NCBI GenBank assembly: GCA_949300345.1 | Contig: CASGDR010000001.1 | Span: forward strand, 259,835 to 323,834 | From: an uncultured bacterium | GTDB taxonomy: Bacteria > Bacillota_I > Bacilli_A > RFN20 > CAG-826 | Direction of reading: 5' to 3' | DNA length: 64,000 nucleotides | Part shown: positions 52,115 to 61,223 of the stretch, piece by piece | Layout of the letters: every line of letters begins with the position of its first letter | Numbering within the stretch: position 1 is the first letter of the stretch | Notes under the pieces: generated by a model | The model's input: only the letters and a program-made list of their open reading frames with translations | What the model was told of the DNA's origin: nothing | Databases searched by the model: none | Program-made: the position numbers and the translations under genes

Positions 52115-52969
52115 ATGGGTATCTTCCTAGGAAACAAACTTTGCGAAAACTGCTCGAGGTCCTATGACAGGGCCAAGGACAAATGCCCCCACTGCGGATA
52201 TGAGAATCCCGACCCGCGCTCAAGGGGTTTCATCAACTTCGAACCTCCCGGCGTCCCAAGGGAGCTTGCCCTATGCTTCGGCGGCTATCTGATGCTGACG
52301 TTTGTGGCTGCCATAGTCCAATTCATATACATCGGGATTTTCTCCGCCGGCTATACCGGTAGCGAAGCGGATTATGCCAAAGCCCTAAGCGACTACCTCA
52401 TGGCCCCCTCCCAGCTTTCGGTCATCCAATATGTCTCCTACGGGGTGGTTGCCGTGGCGGTCTGCGCCTTGTTTATCGGACATTGGAAGCCGCTTTTGCG
52501 GAAATTCCGGCCCAAAAGGATGTATTGGGCGGCCATTGCCTTCATTGGCATGTACGCCTTCAACATCTTCTATAGCCTCATTCTGAATGCGGCCGGGGTT
52601 TCCATCTCCGACAACGAAAACCAGAGCCTGGTGGTAAGCCTGGTCCGATACAATGTTCCCCTAGCGATAATCTTCCTGGGGCTAGTGGGTCCCTTGGTCG
52701 AGGAGTTCATCTACCGGGTCGGGGCCTTCGGCTTGCTCTCTCGCATCAACAAATACGCGGCCTATGTCCTTGGGGCCATCATATTCGGACTCATCCATTT
52801 CGATTTCACCAACCCCAGTGTCAACGAACTGCTAAACCTCCCCAACTACATCGTCCCGGGCCTACTGCTTTGCCTAGCCTATGATAAGTGCGGCCTCATC
52901 GCCTCCTACAGCGTCCACGCCTTGAACAACGTGCTTTCGGTGATCCTTGCAGCCGCCGGGGTGAAATGA
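52115..52969 (+). CDS. CPBP (CAAX/Abi) family intramembrane metalloprotease with an N-terminal zinc-ribbon
   Basis: Start taken at the ATG at 52115, after the end of the divergent giant gene. The N-terminus carries CENCSRSYDRAKDKCPHCG. CPBP motifs are EEFIYR, FGLIH and HALNN. Confidence 0.7.
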   Translation: MGIFLGNKLCENCSRSYDRAKDKCPHCGYENPDPRSRGFINFEPPGVPRELALCFGGYLMLTFVAAIVQFIYIGIFSAGYTGSEADYAKALSDYLMAPSQLSVIQYVSYGVVAVAVCALFIGHWKPLLRKFRPKRMYWAAIAFIGMYAFNIFYSLILNAAGVSISDNENQSLVVSLVRYNVPLAIIFLGLVGPLVEEFIYRVGAFGLLSRINKYAAYVLGAIIFGLIHFDFTNPSVNELLNLPNYIVPGLLLCLAYDKCGLIASYSVHALNNVLSVILAAAGVK

Positions 52970-53886
52970 TGCAAGAAGAACTCGAACTCTCCCGCTACCC
53001 AGGGCCCAAATCCATGAAGCTGGACGGCTTCTGGCTGAAGATCCTCGGCTTGTTTTTCATGACCCTCGACCACATCGGGCTAGCCATGAACGGCCCGGAA
53101 GGCTCCCCTTTATATTGGGCTTCCTTTGTTTTGAGGATCTTCGGTAGGTTAGCCTTCCCCATCTTTGCCTTATTGCTTGCCGAGGGATTGAAGCACACCC
53201 ACTCCAGGGGCCTATATATGTTAAGGATTTCCATCATGTGGGGTTCCATCATGGTGGTGCAGGCCATACTTATCTTCTGCTTTGGCTTTGACGGGCTTCA
53301 GGAGCAGGCCTTCTCCGACCTCATCGGGATGGGCATGTTCATCTATCTTCTTGAACATAGGAAGAAATGGCTGAGGCCCTTCTGTATCATCCCCTTTGCC
53401 TATCTAGCCGCATCCTACGCCATCAGGATCTATTCCAACTACACCGTCGCGGTAAGCGACTTCCTCTTCCTCTTCGGAGGATATTCGATGCTGGGTTTCT
53501 TCATCTTCCTCGGCTTCTATTATTCCGAGAAGATCGTCAGATGGTCCTTCTCCCTCAATTCGACCTTCGATGACAAAGCCATATTGGACGAATATGCCAA
53601 ATCCGGGGCCTTCCGCTTCTATAGCAACCTGATGGGCGTCTTCCTGATGATAGTGAGCTGCACCATTTTCTACGCCATTGCGTTATGCACCCAGAACTCC
53701 GAAGGGATATCCCTAGCCGACCCCTATGGGATGGGGACCCAGTTCTACTGCGTCTTCTCGGGGTTGCTTATCGCTTGCTATAACGGAAAGCGTGGGTACA
53801 ATGCAAAGTGGTTCCAGTACGGAAGCTATCTCTACTATCCCCTGCATCTGCTTGTGATATTCGGGATTGCCTATCTGGTTGCCTAA
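52966..53886 (+). CDS. TraX family membrane protein
   Basis: Start taken at MMQEELEL, overlapping the CPBP stop (ATGA). The LKILGLFFMTLDHIG N-terminal signature and polytopic topology fit the TraX family. Confidence 0.6.
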   Translation: MMQEELELSRYPGPKSMKLDGFWLKILGLFFMTLDHIGLAMNGPEGSPLYWASFVLRIFGRLAFPIFALLLAEGLKHTHSRGLYMLRISIMWGSIMVVQAILIFCFGFDGLQEQAFSDLIGMGMFIYLLEHRKKWLRPFCIIPFAYLAASYAIRIYSNYTVAVSDFLFLFGGYSMLGFFIFLGFYYSEKIVRWSFSLNSTFDDKAILDEYAKSGAFRFYSNLMGVFLMIVSCTIFYAIALCTQNSEGISLADPYGMGTQFYCVFSGLLIACYNGKRGYNAKWFQYGSYLYYPLHLLVIFGIAYLVA

Positions 53887-53902
53887 ATAAGGAGGAAACC
53901 CA

Positions 53903-54208
53903 ATGCTAGTGCACGTTTCAAACAAAGAAGAATTCGACGCCCACATCAAAGGCGACCGCGTCGTGGTGGATTTCTACGCCACCTGGTGCGGACCCTGCAT
54001 GATGCTCTCCCCCATCATCGAAGAACTCGCCGACGAGCTTGACGACATCGATTTCCTGAAGGTCGATGTGGACCAGCTCCCCGAACTGGCCGCCCCCTTC
54101 AGGGTCAGCTCCATCCCGGCCGTTTTCTACCTCGAAAAGGGAAAGGTCGTCCAGAGCCAAATCGGTTATGCCCCCAAGGCGAGTCTAAGAAAAAACCTCG
54201 GATTCTAA
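53903..54208 (+). CDS. trxA: thioredoxin
   Basis: 101 aa with the WCGPC active site. Confidence 0.9.
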   Translation: MLVHVSNKEEFDAHIKGDRVVVDFYATWCGPCMMLSPIIEELADELDDIDFLKVDVDQLPELAAPFRVSSIPAVFYLEKGKVVQSQIGYAPKASLRKNLGF

Positions 54209-54261
54209 GAAAACCACTTTAAAAGCCCCGTTACTTTGGGTATAGTTTCGGGGCGCACCTT

Positions 54262-54338
54262 GGACCATTGGTGTAGCGGCCTAACATGCCTCCCTGTCAC
54301 GGAGGAGACCACGGGTTCGAATCCCGTATGGTCTGCCA
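54262..54338 (+). tRNA. tRNA-Asp (GTC)
   Basis: Cloverleaf by eye. The anticodon stem-loop is CCTCC-CTGTCAC-GGAGG, the T-arm is ACGGGTTCGAATCCCGT, and the 3' end is GCCA. Confidence 0.85.
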
Positions 54339-54341
54339 GAC

Positions 54342-54415
54342 GCAGGTGTAGTTCAGTGGTAGAACATCAGCCTTCCAAGCTGACTATGCGAGTTCGATTC
54401 TCGTCACCTGCTCCA
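54342..54415 (+). tRNA. tRNA-Gly (TCC)
   Basis: GCAGGTGTAGTTCAGTGGTAGAAC...TCAGC-CTTCCAA-GCTGA...GTTCGATTC...CACCTGCTCCA, lying 3 nt after tRNA-Asp. Confidence 0.85.
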
Positions 54416-54420
54416 CTCGA

Positions 54421-54450
54421 AAAAAGCCCCGACAATGTCGGGGTTTTCTT
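54421..54450. terminator. rho-independent terminator after the tRNA pair, also positioned to terminate the convergent 54450..55535 gene
   Basis: AAAAAG-CCCCGAC-AAT-GTCGGGG-TTTTCTTT. Confidence 0.6.
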
Positions 54451-55535
54451 TACTGATCGGACTCGTCGTCCTTTATTTTGGCTTCGCCGTCGATGACGCC
54501 GTCGCGCTTGGCTTTCTCGTCTTCGATGTCCTGCCTCATCTTATCGAGGTTGGCTTGGGTGGCCGCTTGGCTTTGCTCGGCGGCCCTGATTGCAGACTCG
54601 GCCATCTTGAAGGCCGATTCCTTGATGCCGAGGTCGCGGTCTTCGCATAGATGGTACTCGAGCAGGAAAATGTAGGGACCCAATATTACGGCGAAGAGAA
54701 TGAGCCCGGCCACTCCCCCGCAGACGGCATAGCCGGTGATGTAATAGATCTGTCCCGGATAGCAGATGACCCAGGTAAGGGAAGCGCCTAGTACGAAGCC
54801 CCCTGCTAGCAATAGATAGACCGGCCATAGGCCCTTATAGAGGCTGGAGGAGAAACTACGGTCCTCCATCTTATAGAGCCTTTTGAGCATCAATGCCGCC
54901 ATGGGGTTGAAACCCTTGGCCAGGCGCCGGCGGAATTCGACGTTGGAGCTTTCCTGGATGATGAAGAAAGCGGCCAAAACGATGAAGATCCCGGCCTGGG
55001 CGATGGCCTCGCCGAAATAGAAATAGGATAGGGCGGAGCCTTCCGAAAGGATGGAGATGGCCAGATTCAGATCGCCGGCGGATACGGCTTGGCCAAGACG
55101 GGACAAGGCATCGGCGAAGGAGGGATCGTTGATGAGGACCCCATAGGCGATGGATAGGCCGATGGTCCCTAGAAGAATCGAGAAAAGCCAGGACTTGATG
55201 ATGCTCCAAGTAACCCTATAAGAGCCATAGTAGAGGGGCTGGAAATAGGCCCCGACCCTTTGGAAGAAGCCGGAGGCGGACAAAAAGCCCCTGTTGTTGC
55301 GTAGGTAAAGGACGGTCAGATGCATCCCGAAGAAAAACGGAATGAAGATGAAAGGCAGGGTGATGATGAGCAGGCTATAGGAGAGGAAGCCTAGGGCCAG
55401 AGCGGCAGCCCCCATGGCGGTGACCGCGAGCATGATGGGCCAAAGCCAGGGCAATATCTTCCAATAGTCGCTTAGGGCCCTAAGATAGGGCGATTTGGTT
55501 TTTTCAGGCATCTTTTTCCCTCTTGTAGTAAGCAT
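54450..55535 (-). CDS. hypothetical polytopic membrane protein with a charged C-terminal tail
   Basis: 361 aa with about 8 TM helices. The C-terminal ~60 aa are rich in K, E and D and predicted helical. Confidence 0.5.
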   Translation of the reverse strand: MLTTRGKKMPEKTKSPYLRALSDYWKILPWLWPIMLAVTAMGAAALALGFLSYSLLIITLPFIFIPFFFGMHLTVLYLRNNRGFLSASGFFQRVGAYFQPLYYGSYRVTWSIIKSWLFSILLGTIGLSIAYGVLINDPSFADALSRLGQAVSAGDLNLAISILSEGSALSYFYFGEAIAQAGIFIVLAAFFIIQESSNVEFRRRLAKGFNPMAALMLKRLYKMEDRSFSSSLYKGLWPVYLLLAGGFVLGASLTWVICYPGQIYYITGYAVCGGVAGLILFAVILGPYIFLLEYHLCEDRDLGIKESAFKMAESAIRAAEQSQAATQANLDKMRQDIEDEKAKRDGVIDGEAKIKDDESDQ

Positions 55536-56127
55536 ATAGGTTTCTGATGGTGTTGTAGAGTTCCTCGCTCCTTAGGTCGGCCACATCGGCTGATTCGGAT
55601 TTGGCTATGGTTTCTGCTAGTCGGGAGAGAGGGACAAGCAAGGGCGAATTGCCCCGGTTATGGTATGGGGAAAGGAAACAATCGTCATTGACCACGACGA
55701 TGGCGACCATGTAGCCGGCCTCGATGCCCGAGCGGGCCGAGAGCTTGGCCAAGATGGATTCGGCGGCATCAAGGGGCGAATCTATGTAATGCTTCCCGTT
55801 TTTGTCATAGACGATCCACTTCTTGTCGTCGGGGTTAAGCGAAATGCCCCCTTCGCAATACAGGTCGAAGATGAGATAGAGGAACTTGTCGCCCCCGATC
55901 AGGTGGTCGATCTTGACCTCATAGTCCCCTTCCTTGATCCCCATCTCGTTGATGAGGTAGTAGTCATGGTCGAGGACGATTTGCCTGATCTTCTTGTAGA
56001 AGAGGCGGTTGGGCCGCTTGGAATAGATCTTCCTTTTGATGGGCTTATAGAAGAACCATAGGAAAAAGAGGATGCCAAGCAGCGAGGCAACGACGATGAA
56101 AAGGGCAAGCCTGGCTTCGTATGGCAT
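55504..56127 (-). CDS. NERD-domain protein with an N-terminal TM anchor
   Basis: Start taken at MPYEARLALFIV, overlapping the deoD stop. The ORF-track 70-aa N-terminal extension would overlap deoD. NERD-like segment: EVKIDHLIGGDKFLYLIFDLY. Confidence 0.5.
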   Translation of the reverse strand: MPYEARLALFIVVASLLGILFFLWFFYKPIKRKIYSKRPNRLFYKKIRQIVLDHDYYLINEMGIKEGDYEVKIDHLIGGDKFLYLIFDLYCEGGISLNPDDKKWIVYDKNGKHYIDSPLDAAESILAKLSARSGIEAGYMVAIVVVNDDCFLSPYHNRGNSPLLVPLSRLAETIAKSESADVADLRSEELYNTIRNLYAYYKREKDA

Positions 56128-56846
56128 CAGTCGCTGAAGGCCTCCCCGGCCTTGATGGCAACCTTGATCATGTCCAAAAGGGATGTCTGCCTTTCCTCGG
56201 CGGTCAGTTCGTCGGCATATAGGAAGGAATTGGAAACGGTAAGGACGCTTAGGGCCCTCTTCCTTTTCTCGGCAGCGATCGCGTATAGGGCATAGGATTC
56301 CATGTCCACGCCTAGGACATTGAGCCCGGCCCACTTCTTCCAGGTATTGGGGTCATGGTCATAGAAGACGTCGCTGGAGAAGACATTGCCCACATGGTAG
56401 GGAATGCCCATGGCCTTGGCGGCCTTGATGGCCTCCTCGAGCACCTGATAGTCGCAGCAGGCCGAATAGGTTCCATTGAGGTTATAGGAGGCAAGGAAAT
56501 TGGAATCGGTGGAACTCGACATCGCGAAGATGAGGTCCTTCAGGGCGATGCCCTTCTGATAGGCCCCGGCCGTCCCGATGCGGATGATGGTCTCGACCCC
56601 GAAGTGGTCATAGAGCTCGGTGGCATAGATCCCGATGGAAGGGATGCCCATGCCCGAGGCCATGACCGACATCTTCTTGCCCGACTCGGTGGTCCCGGTA
56701 TAGGCCAAAATGCCCCTGACCTCATTGATGAGGACGGCATCCTTGAATAGGGTTTCGGCTACCAGCTTGGCCCTCAAGGGGTCCCCTGGCATCAGTACGA
56801 CCTTGGCGAATTCCCCTTTTGGGGCGATGTGTGGCGTGGATTTCAT
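56127..56846 (-). CDS. deoD: purine nucleoside phosphorylase, DeoD type
   Basis: 239 aa. VVLMPGDPLRAKLVAETLF...GMGIPS is nearly collinear with E. coli DeoD. Confidence 0.9.
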   Translation of the reverse strand: MKSTPHIAPKGEFAKVVLMPGDPLRAKLVAETLFKDAVLINEVRGILAYTGTTESGKKMSVMASGMGIPSIGIYATELYDHFGVETIIRIGTAGAYQKGIALKDLIFAMSSSTDSNFLASYNLNGTYSACCDYQVLEEAIKAAKAMGIPYHVGNVFSSDVFYDHDPNTWKKWAGLNVLGVDMESYALYAIAAEKRKRALSVLTVSNSFLYADELTAEERQTSLLDMIKVAIKAGEAFSD

Positions 56847-57349
56847 AAGGCTTTTTCCTCCTTGGGAATCTGGGCGATATAAGTCCCCGAGATGACATCG
56901 ACGAAACTATGTCCGTTCTCGGAGAAAAAGATAGAGACGACTTCGGCAATGATGAATAGTCCACAGGTGAAATAGGTTAGAAACCCTTGGCCTAGACCCC
57001 TTTTGACCAAGGCGCTTAGAGGCGGCACCTTACCGTCCTCGGTAACGATTTCCCCCTCGAAGAGGCTGGTGCCGATGGTCTTGCCCTTATGGCGGAGCGG
57101 GATGATGGAACGGATGGTCAGGTCAGCCAAAATGACAGCGGCCCCGGTAAATAGACAAACCAGATAGACAGCCATGATCTGATAGGCCGAATCGACGATG
57201 ATGATGGCCTGGGTAAAGACGAGGATGGCCGGGATGTTGAGAACGAGTCCGCATAGGGCGACCACGGCCAGATCGACGATATCGCAAAGAACCCTCTTCA
57301 GGCGGTTGACCCTCGGAGGAAAGCTAGGACTATCGATTGTTTTTTCCAT
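56843..57349 (-). CDS. RDD family membrane protein
   Basis: 168 aa with 3 TM helices and an RDD-like N-terminal signature. Confidence 0.45.
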   Translation of the reverse strand: MEKTIDSPSFPPRVNRLKRVLCDIVDLAVVALCGLVLNIPAILVFTQAIIIVDSAYQIMAVYLVCLFTGAAVILADLTIRSIIPLRHKGKTIGTSLFEGEIVTEDGKVPPLSALVKRGLGQGFLTYFTCGLFIIAEVVSIFFSENGHSFVDVISGTYIAQIPKEEKAL

Positions 57350-57396
57350 AGGGCGATTATGCCAAATGAAGAAATCTCTTTAAAGGGCAAACGCCC

Positions 57397-59910
57397 TTAA
57401 AGCGTAAGATTCCGGCTGGGATGGCAGCTAAGATAGATGACTTGGGTATCCTGGGAAATGGCGGCAATCAGTTCCCTTGCCCTATCCATATTGGCCTCAT
57501 CAAGGCTATAGAAGGGATCATCGAGGACCAAGAAAGGAACGCTTGAACCGGTCATCTGCTCGATGATCGATAATCTCAGGCAGAAATAGACCAGGGCCTT
57601 TTCTCCGCTGCTAAGATGCCCTTCGTCATGGGTGAAGCCGCCTTCGGTGTAATTGATGCGGAAGTCTTGGTCCACATATAGCTGCTTGTTAAGCAAAGCC
57701 GATGCCAAGCCCAGGTATTTGGCAAGCGACTTGTTCAATGGATCCATGTAGCGGGCCTTCAGGGCCGAATCGGCCTCCTGGAGGATGGCAATGGCCTTAT
57801 TGATGTTGTTGATTCTTGTAGTGACCTCCGAGAGGTCCTTATTGGCCTGCTCATAGGCAAGCTCGGCATCATCGAGCCGTTTGGCTTTGCCTTCGAGGTC
57901 AATATAGGCCCGCTTCTTGATCAGGAAATCCTCCTTGATGGCGTCAAGATCGATTTCCTCCATCTCTTCCTCCTGGTCCCCTTCTGGAATTAGCCCTTCC
58001 AGCCGCTTTATTTCCTCTTGGGACCTTTCGATGTCCTTGTTCAAGGAAAGCAGACTAGTAGAATTTCCATCGACTTGGTCGAGGTAAAGATTGGGGTTTT
58101 CGCTCTTGCCGGGATGCCCCTTAAGGAAATCAGCGATGGCCTTTTTGAGGGAGTCCTCTTTCTTTTTCCGCGAGTCGTTCAGCCTTACAAGCCGTTCATG
58201 TTCTTTCTTGAGGTCAAGGTAGTCAGAGACATCTTTGTTTAGGCTATTAAGGCCGCTTTCTAGATCAGGGCCATAGCCATATCCAGCAATGAGGGCTTTT
58301 GCCTTGGCTTCCTTCCCTTTGGCCTCGTTTTCCTTTTCCTCCTTCTGTTTGATCTTCGAAATCCGTGCCTGGTTAGCGTTAATGGTTTCCGCATTGGAAA
58401 ACTTCACCTCGATAAGGGTTTGGTCCAAAGAATTTTCATCTACTTGCTTTCCGATGGCTAGGAATGAGGAGACGGCCGTGGAGAGGGCCTTTGTATATTC
58501 CTCCTTGGCTTTTTGCTTCTTAGGATTTGGAATGGGCAAAGAGGCGCTTGAAGAGCTTGGTTTCCTAAGGAGGAAGAAGCCGATTCCCAAAACCAAGACC
58601 CCGACGCCGATGAGACTATAGAGGTAGGCATTGACCAAGGCACCCAATAGGACCCCGAGGCTCACGAATAGCACCATAACGACAAGAATGACGGCCTCGA
58701 GCATGCGGTTATTTTTGCCTTTCGGGGTTTCTTTCAAGATGGAATCGGAAAGCGAATCATAGGCCTTTTTCTTGCTATGGACTTCCTGAACCTGGCTTTC
58801 TAGCAAGGCAATCTTATCAGGTGGGATTTCTTCTTTTGGTTCTGCCTTTTCAATCTCTTCTTCCAAGGCTTTGATTTCCTTTTTGAGGGCGCCGGTTTCC
58901 CATAAGGCCTTCTCGGTAGCCTTAAGATCATCATTGGAAGGGACTCCGTTTGCAAAGCGTCCCGAAAGCCTGGCAAAATCGGCTTTGCTTTGCTCGTTTT
59001 CCTCTTCAATGGTTTCGTTTTGCAGGGATTTTAGGCTATTGACCATATCCCTGAGTTCGAGGAATTCCTCCCTTGAGGGTAGGCCATTGGGATAAGGCGC
59101 AAGGATATCTTCCTTATTCTTTTTATATGCCTCTAGCCTCTCCCTTTCGGCTTTGAGTTTGGCAATATTGTCCTTCTTCTGCTTATTGGATAATGCCGCG
59201 GCGGATTTCTCTTCGGCTTCTTTCTTCAAGGTTTCGGCTTCCTCCATGTCCTTGCGGGCCTGGCCCAAGGCCGCCACTTCCGCCTTCAGGTTTTGGTAGG
59301 CCGCTTTGGCTTCGTCTCGCTTGGTTTTGGCCAAGGCCTCCATCCCGTTGGTGGGACTCTTGTATCTTTTCCTTGCTTCCTTGAGCTTATTTACCGCTTC
59401 ATCCACCGTAAGGGTCCCTTCCCCTTCTTCGATGAAGCCCGAGAGGCGCTTCTTGATGTCCCCGGTCGGCTCATAGCCGTCTTGGAAGCCTTGGCTAAGA
59501 TAGGTCTTCTGGAAGGATTCGCGGTCCATGTTGAAGAACTGGATCCCAGGGTTCTTGCGGTCGAATTCGGTGAGCTCCCTGCCGTCTTTGAACATCCTGA
59601 TGGTGTCGCCGCTGGTGGAACGGGAAAACTTCCTTTCGATCTTGTATAGGCTGCCCTGGTGGTTGAATTCGAGTGAGCCGCCATAGACTCCCGTATCAAA
59701 GGGGAGATAACGGAGCCTATCGGTTTTTACCTGTCCCCCGTTTTTTCCTGCATCGCGGGGCATTTCATAGAACATGGCCTTGATGAAATCACCGAGGGTG
59801 GTCTTGCCCTTGCCGTTATCCTCGATGATGGAAAGGACGTCCTTATTGAGGTCATAGGTCTTGTTGACCAAGGTCCCGAAGCCGGCCACGTAGGCTTTCA
59901 ATAGTCTCAT
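57397..59910 (-). CDS. YhaN-like AAA/SMC-like ATPase with central TM segments (SbcC-like)
   Basis: 837 aa with an N-terminal Walker A (NGKGKTT), long coiled-coils, two central hydrophobic helices, and a C-terminal signature/Walker B/D-loop (LVLDDPFYSLD). Confidence 0.7.
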   Translation of the reverse strand: MRLLKAYVAGFGTLVNKTYDLNKDVLSIIEDNGKGKTTLGDFIKAMFYEMPRDAGKNGGQVKTDRLRYLPFDTGVYGGSLEFNHQGSLYKIERKFSRSTSGDTIRMFKDGRELTEFDRKNPGIQFFNMDRESFQKTYLSQGFQDGYEPTGDIKKRLSGFIEEGEGTLTVDEAVNKLKEARKRYKSPTNGMEALAKTKRDEAKAAYQNLKAEVAALGQARKDMEEAETLKKEAEEKSAAALSNKQKKDNIAKLKAERERLEAYKKNKEDILAPYPNGLPSREEFLELRDMVNSLKSLQNETIEEENEQSKADFARLSGRFANGVPSNDDLKATEKALWETGALKKEIKALEEEIEKAEPKEEIPPDKIALLESQVQEVHSKKKAYDSLSDSILKETPKGKNNRMLEAVILVVMVLFVSLGVLLGALVNAYLYSLIGVGVLVLGIGFFLLRKPSSSSASLPIPNPKKQKAKEEYTKALSTAVSSFLAIGKQVDENSLDQTLIEVKFSNAETINANQARISKIKQKEEKENEAKGKEAKAKALIAGYGYGPDLESGLNSLNKDVSDYLDLKKEHERLVRLNDSRKKKEDSLKKAIADFLKGHPGKSENPNLYLDQVDGNSTSLLSLNKDIERSQEEIKRLEGLIPEGDQEEEMEEIDLDAIKEDFLIKKRAYIDLEGKAKRLDDAELAYEQANKDLSEVTTRINNINKAIAILQEADSALKARYMDPLNKSLAKYLGLASALLNKQLYVDQDFRINYTEGGFTHDEGHLSSGEKALVYFCLRLSIIEQMTGSSVPFLVLDDPFYSLDEANMDRARELIAAISQDTQVIYLSCHPSRNLTL

Positions 59911-61028
59911 AGGCCTTCCTCCGGATCTTCGCCCCTGAGGGCATTGATGCCTAGCCTTAATATGGCTTCTTCCTGCTCGGGCGGTAGTTTTTCTCCCCTC
60001 AGGGTCCTGATGAATTCCCCTTCAAGGCTATTGGAGTTTTCCAAGGCCTGGTAATCGAGCAGAAGGCGGGTTTCGTCTTTTATCTGAAGTAGCAACGGGG
60101 CTTTGCCATAGGAAAAGGAAGAAGATATTCCGTTTTCGATATCCTCGATATGGGGAAGCGCATCCGGTGATACCTCGCCCTTAAGGACGATGCGGTAGAT
60201 GTTGCCTTCCTTGAAATTCACTTCCTTTAGGATGGCGGAGACGATTTCCTCATCGCCTTTGTATTGGCCGACATCGAATCCAATGAGGTCGACCTCGCTT
60301 TCGGCAAAGGGGACGAAACGGTGGCTGAGCAATCCGTTTTCCACCTCAAGGAGTTCGAAACCTTTCTTGCCGACCTCGTCATAGCCCCGCCCTTCAAGGC
60401 AGCCCGGATAGACATAGATGCCCCGATCATCGATAGGACCTTCCTCATGCTTATGGATATGGCCTAGGGCAAGATAGTCGATGCCCTTTCCTTTCAAAGC
60501 AGAAAGGACGATCTTGTCCTTCCCAAACTCATACGAAAGGGTACCGTGGAGCATCACGATGTTGGTCTTTTTGGGATCGGTGGAAAGAGAATCATGGAGC
60601 TTCTGGCAATTGGAGTCGGTAAACTCGGCTCCGTATACATCAACGTCCCCAAAAGAGTATTTCTTCCAGGAAGAGGCAAAGCCCAAAAGGTTCTCCGGGG
60701 TCCTATTTTCCATGTCGCTATAACGGTCGTGGTTCCCCTTTAGATATAGGAAAGGGATTTCCGGATACTTCCTGATGATACTGAGAAAGGCAAATCTCTG
60801 GGAGGAGCTAGGCCTATCCGAATCGAAGACGTCTCCGGAAAGAAGGACGGCCCTAACATGGTTCTCACGCGCATAGGCGCAAAGTCTATCAAAGGTATTC
60901 AAAAGGCTATTCCTCTTCTGCATGGCCGCTTGGAAATCAAGGGAGGACAGCTGGGAAAATAGGTGCAGGTCTGCAGCGTGAACGAACTTTTCTCCCATAT
61001 GAAAATGATAAGGCTTTGTATTGGGCAT
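59907..61028 (-). CDS. YhaO-like calcineurin-type metallophosphoesterase (SbcD-like nuclease)
   Basis: 373 aa with the FVHAADLHL...GNHD phosphoesterase motifs. The start could alternatively be the M at 60998. It overlaps the yhaN-like start. Confidence 0.7.
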   Translation of the reverse strand: MPNTKPYHFHMGEKFVHAADLHLFSQLSSLDFQAAMQKRNSLLNTFDRLCAYARENHVRAVLLSGDVFDSDRPSSSQRFAFLSIIRKYPEIPFLYLKGNHDRYSDMENRTPENLLGFASSWKKYSFGDVDVYGAEFTDSNCQKLHDSLSTDPKKTNIVMLHGTLSYEFGKDKIVLSALKGKGIDYLALGHIHKHEEGPIDDRGIYVYPGCLEGRGYDEVGKKGFELLEVENGLLSHRFVPFAESEVDLIGFDVGQYKGDEEIVSAILKEVNFKEGNIYRIVLKGEVSPDALPHIEDIENGISSSFSYGKAPLLLQIKDETRLLLDYQALENSNSLEGEFIRTLRGEKLPPEQEEAILRLGINALRGEDPEEGL

Positions 61029-61223
61029 ATAAAGGGATAGACCCCATAAAAAGTGAGTAGATTCCCATGAATTTTATTTCGAACCGTCATATGGAAAAAG
61101 GCTAGGCGGGGCCAAGGGAATCCTCATATCCAAAACAAGCGGAGTGTAAGATTTTCCGCCTTGGGGCAAATTTGCTGAAAATATTCTATTAATCTTGCTT
61201 GGTTTACCCTATATTGTTGCCAA

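Noticed and set aside
54209-54261. Possible tRNA promoter (TTTAAA-17-TATAGT) and GCCCCG...CGGGGC hairpin upstream of tRNA-Asp
   Set aside because: The -35 is weak. The hairpin has an 18-nt loop and no T-tract. Neither can be confirmed or excluded from sequence alone, so they are not listed as features.
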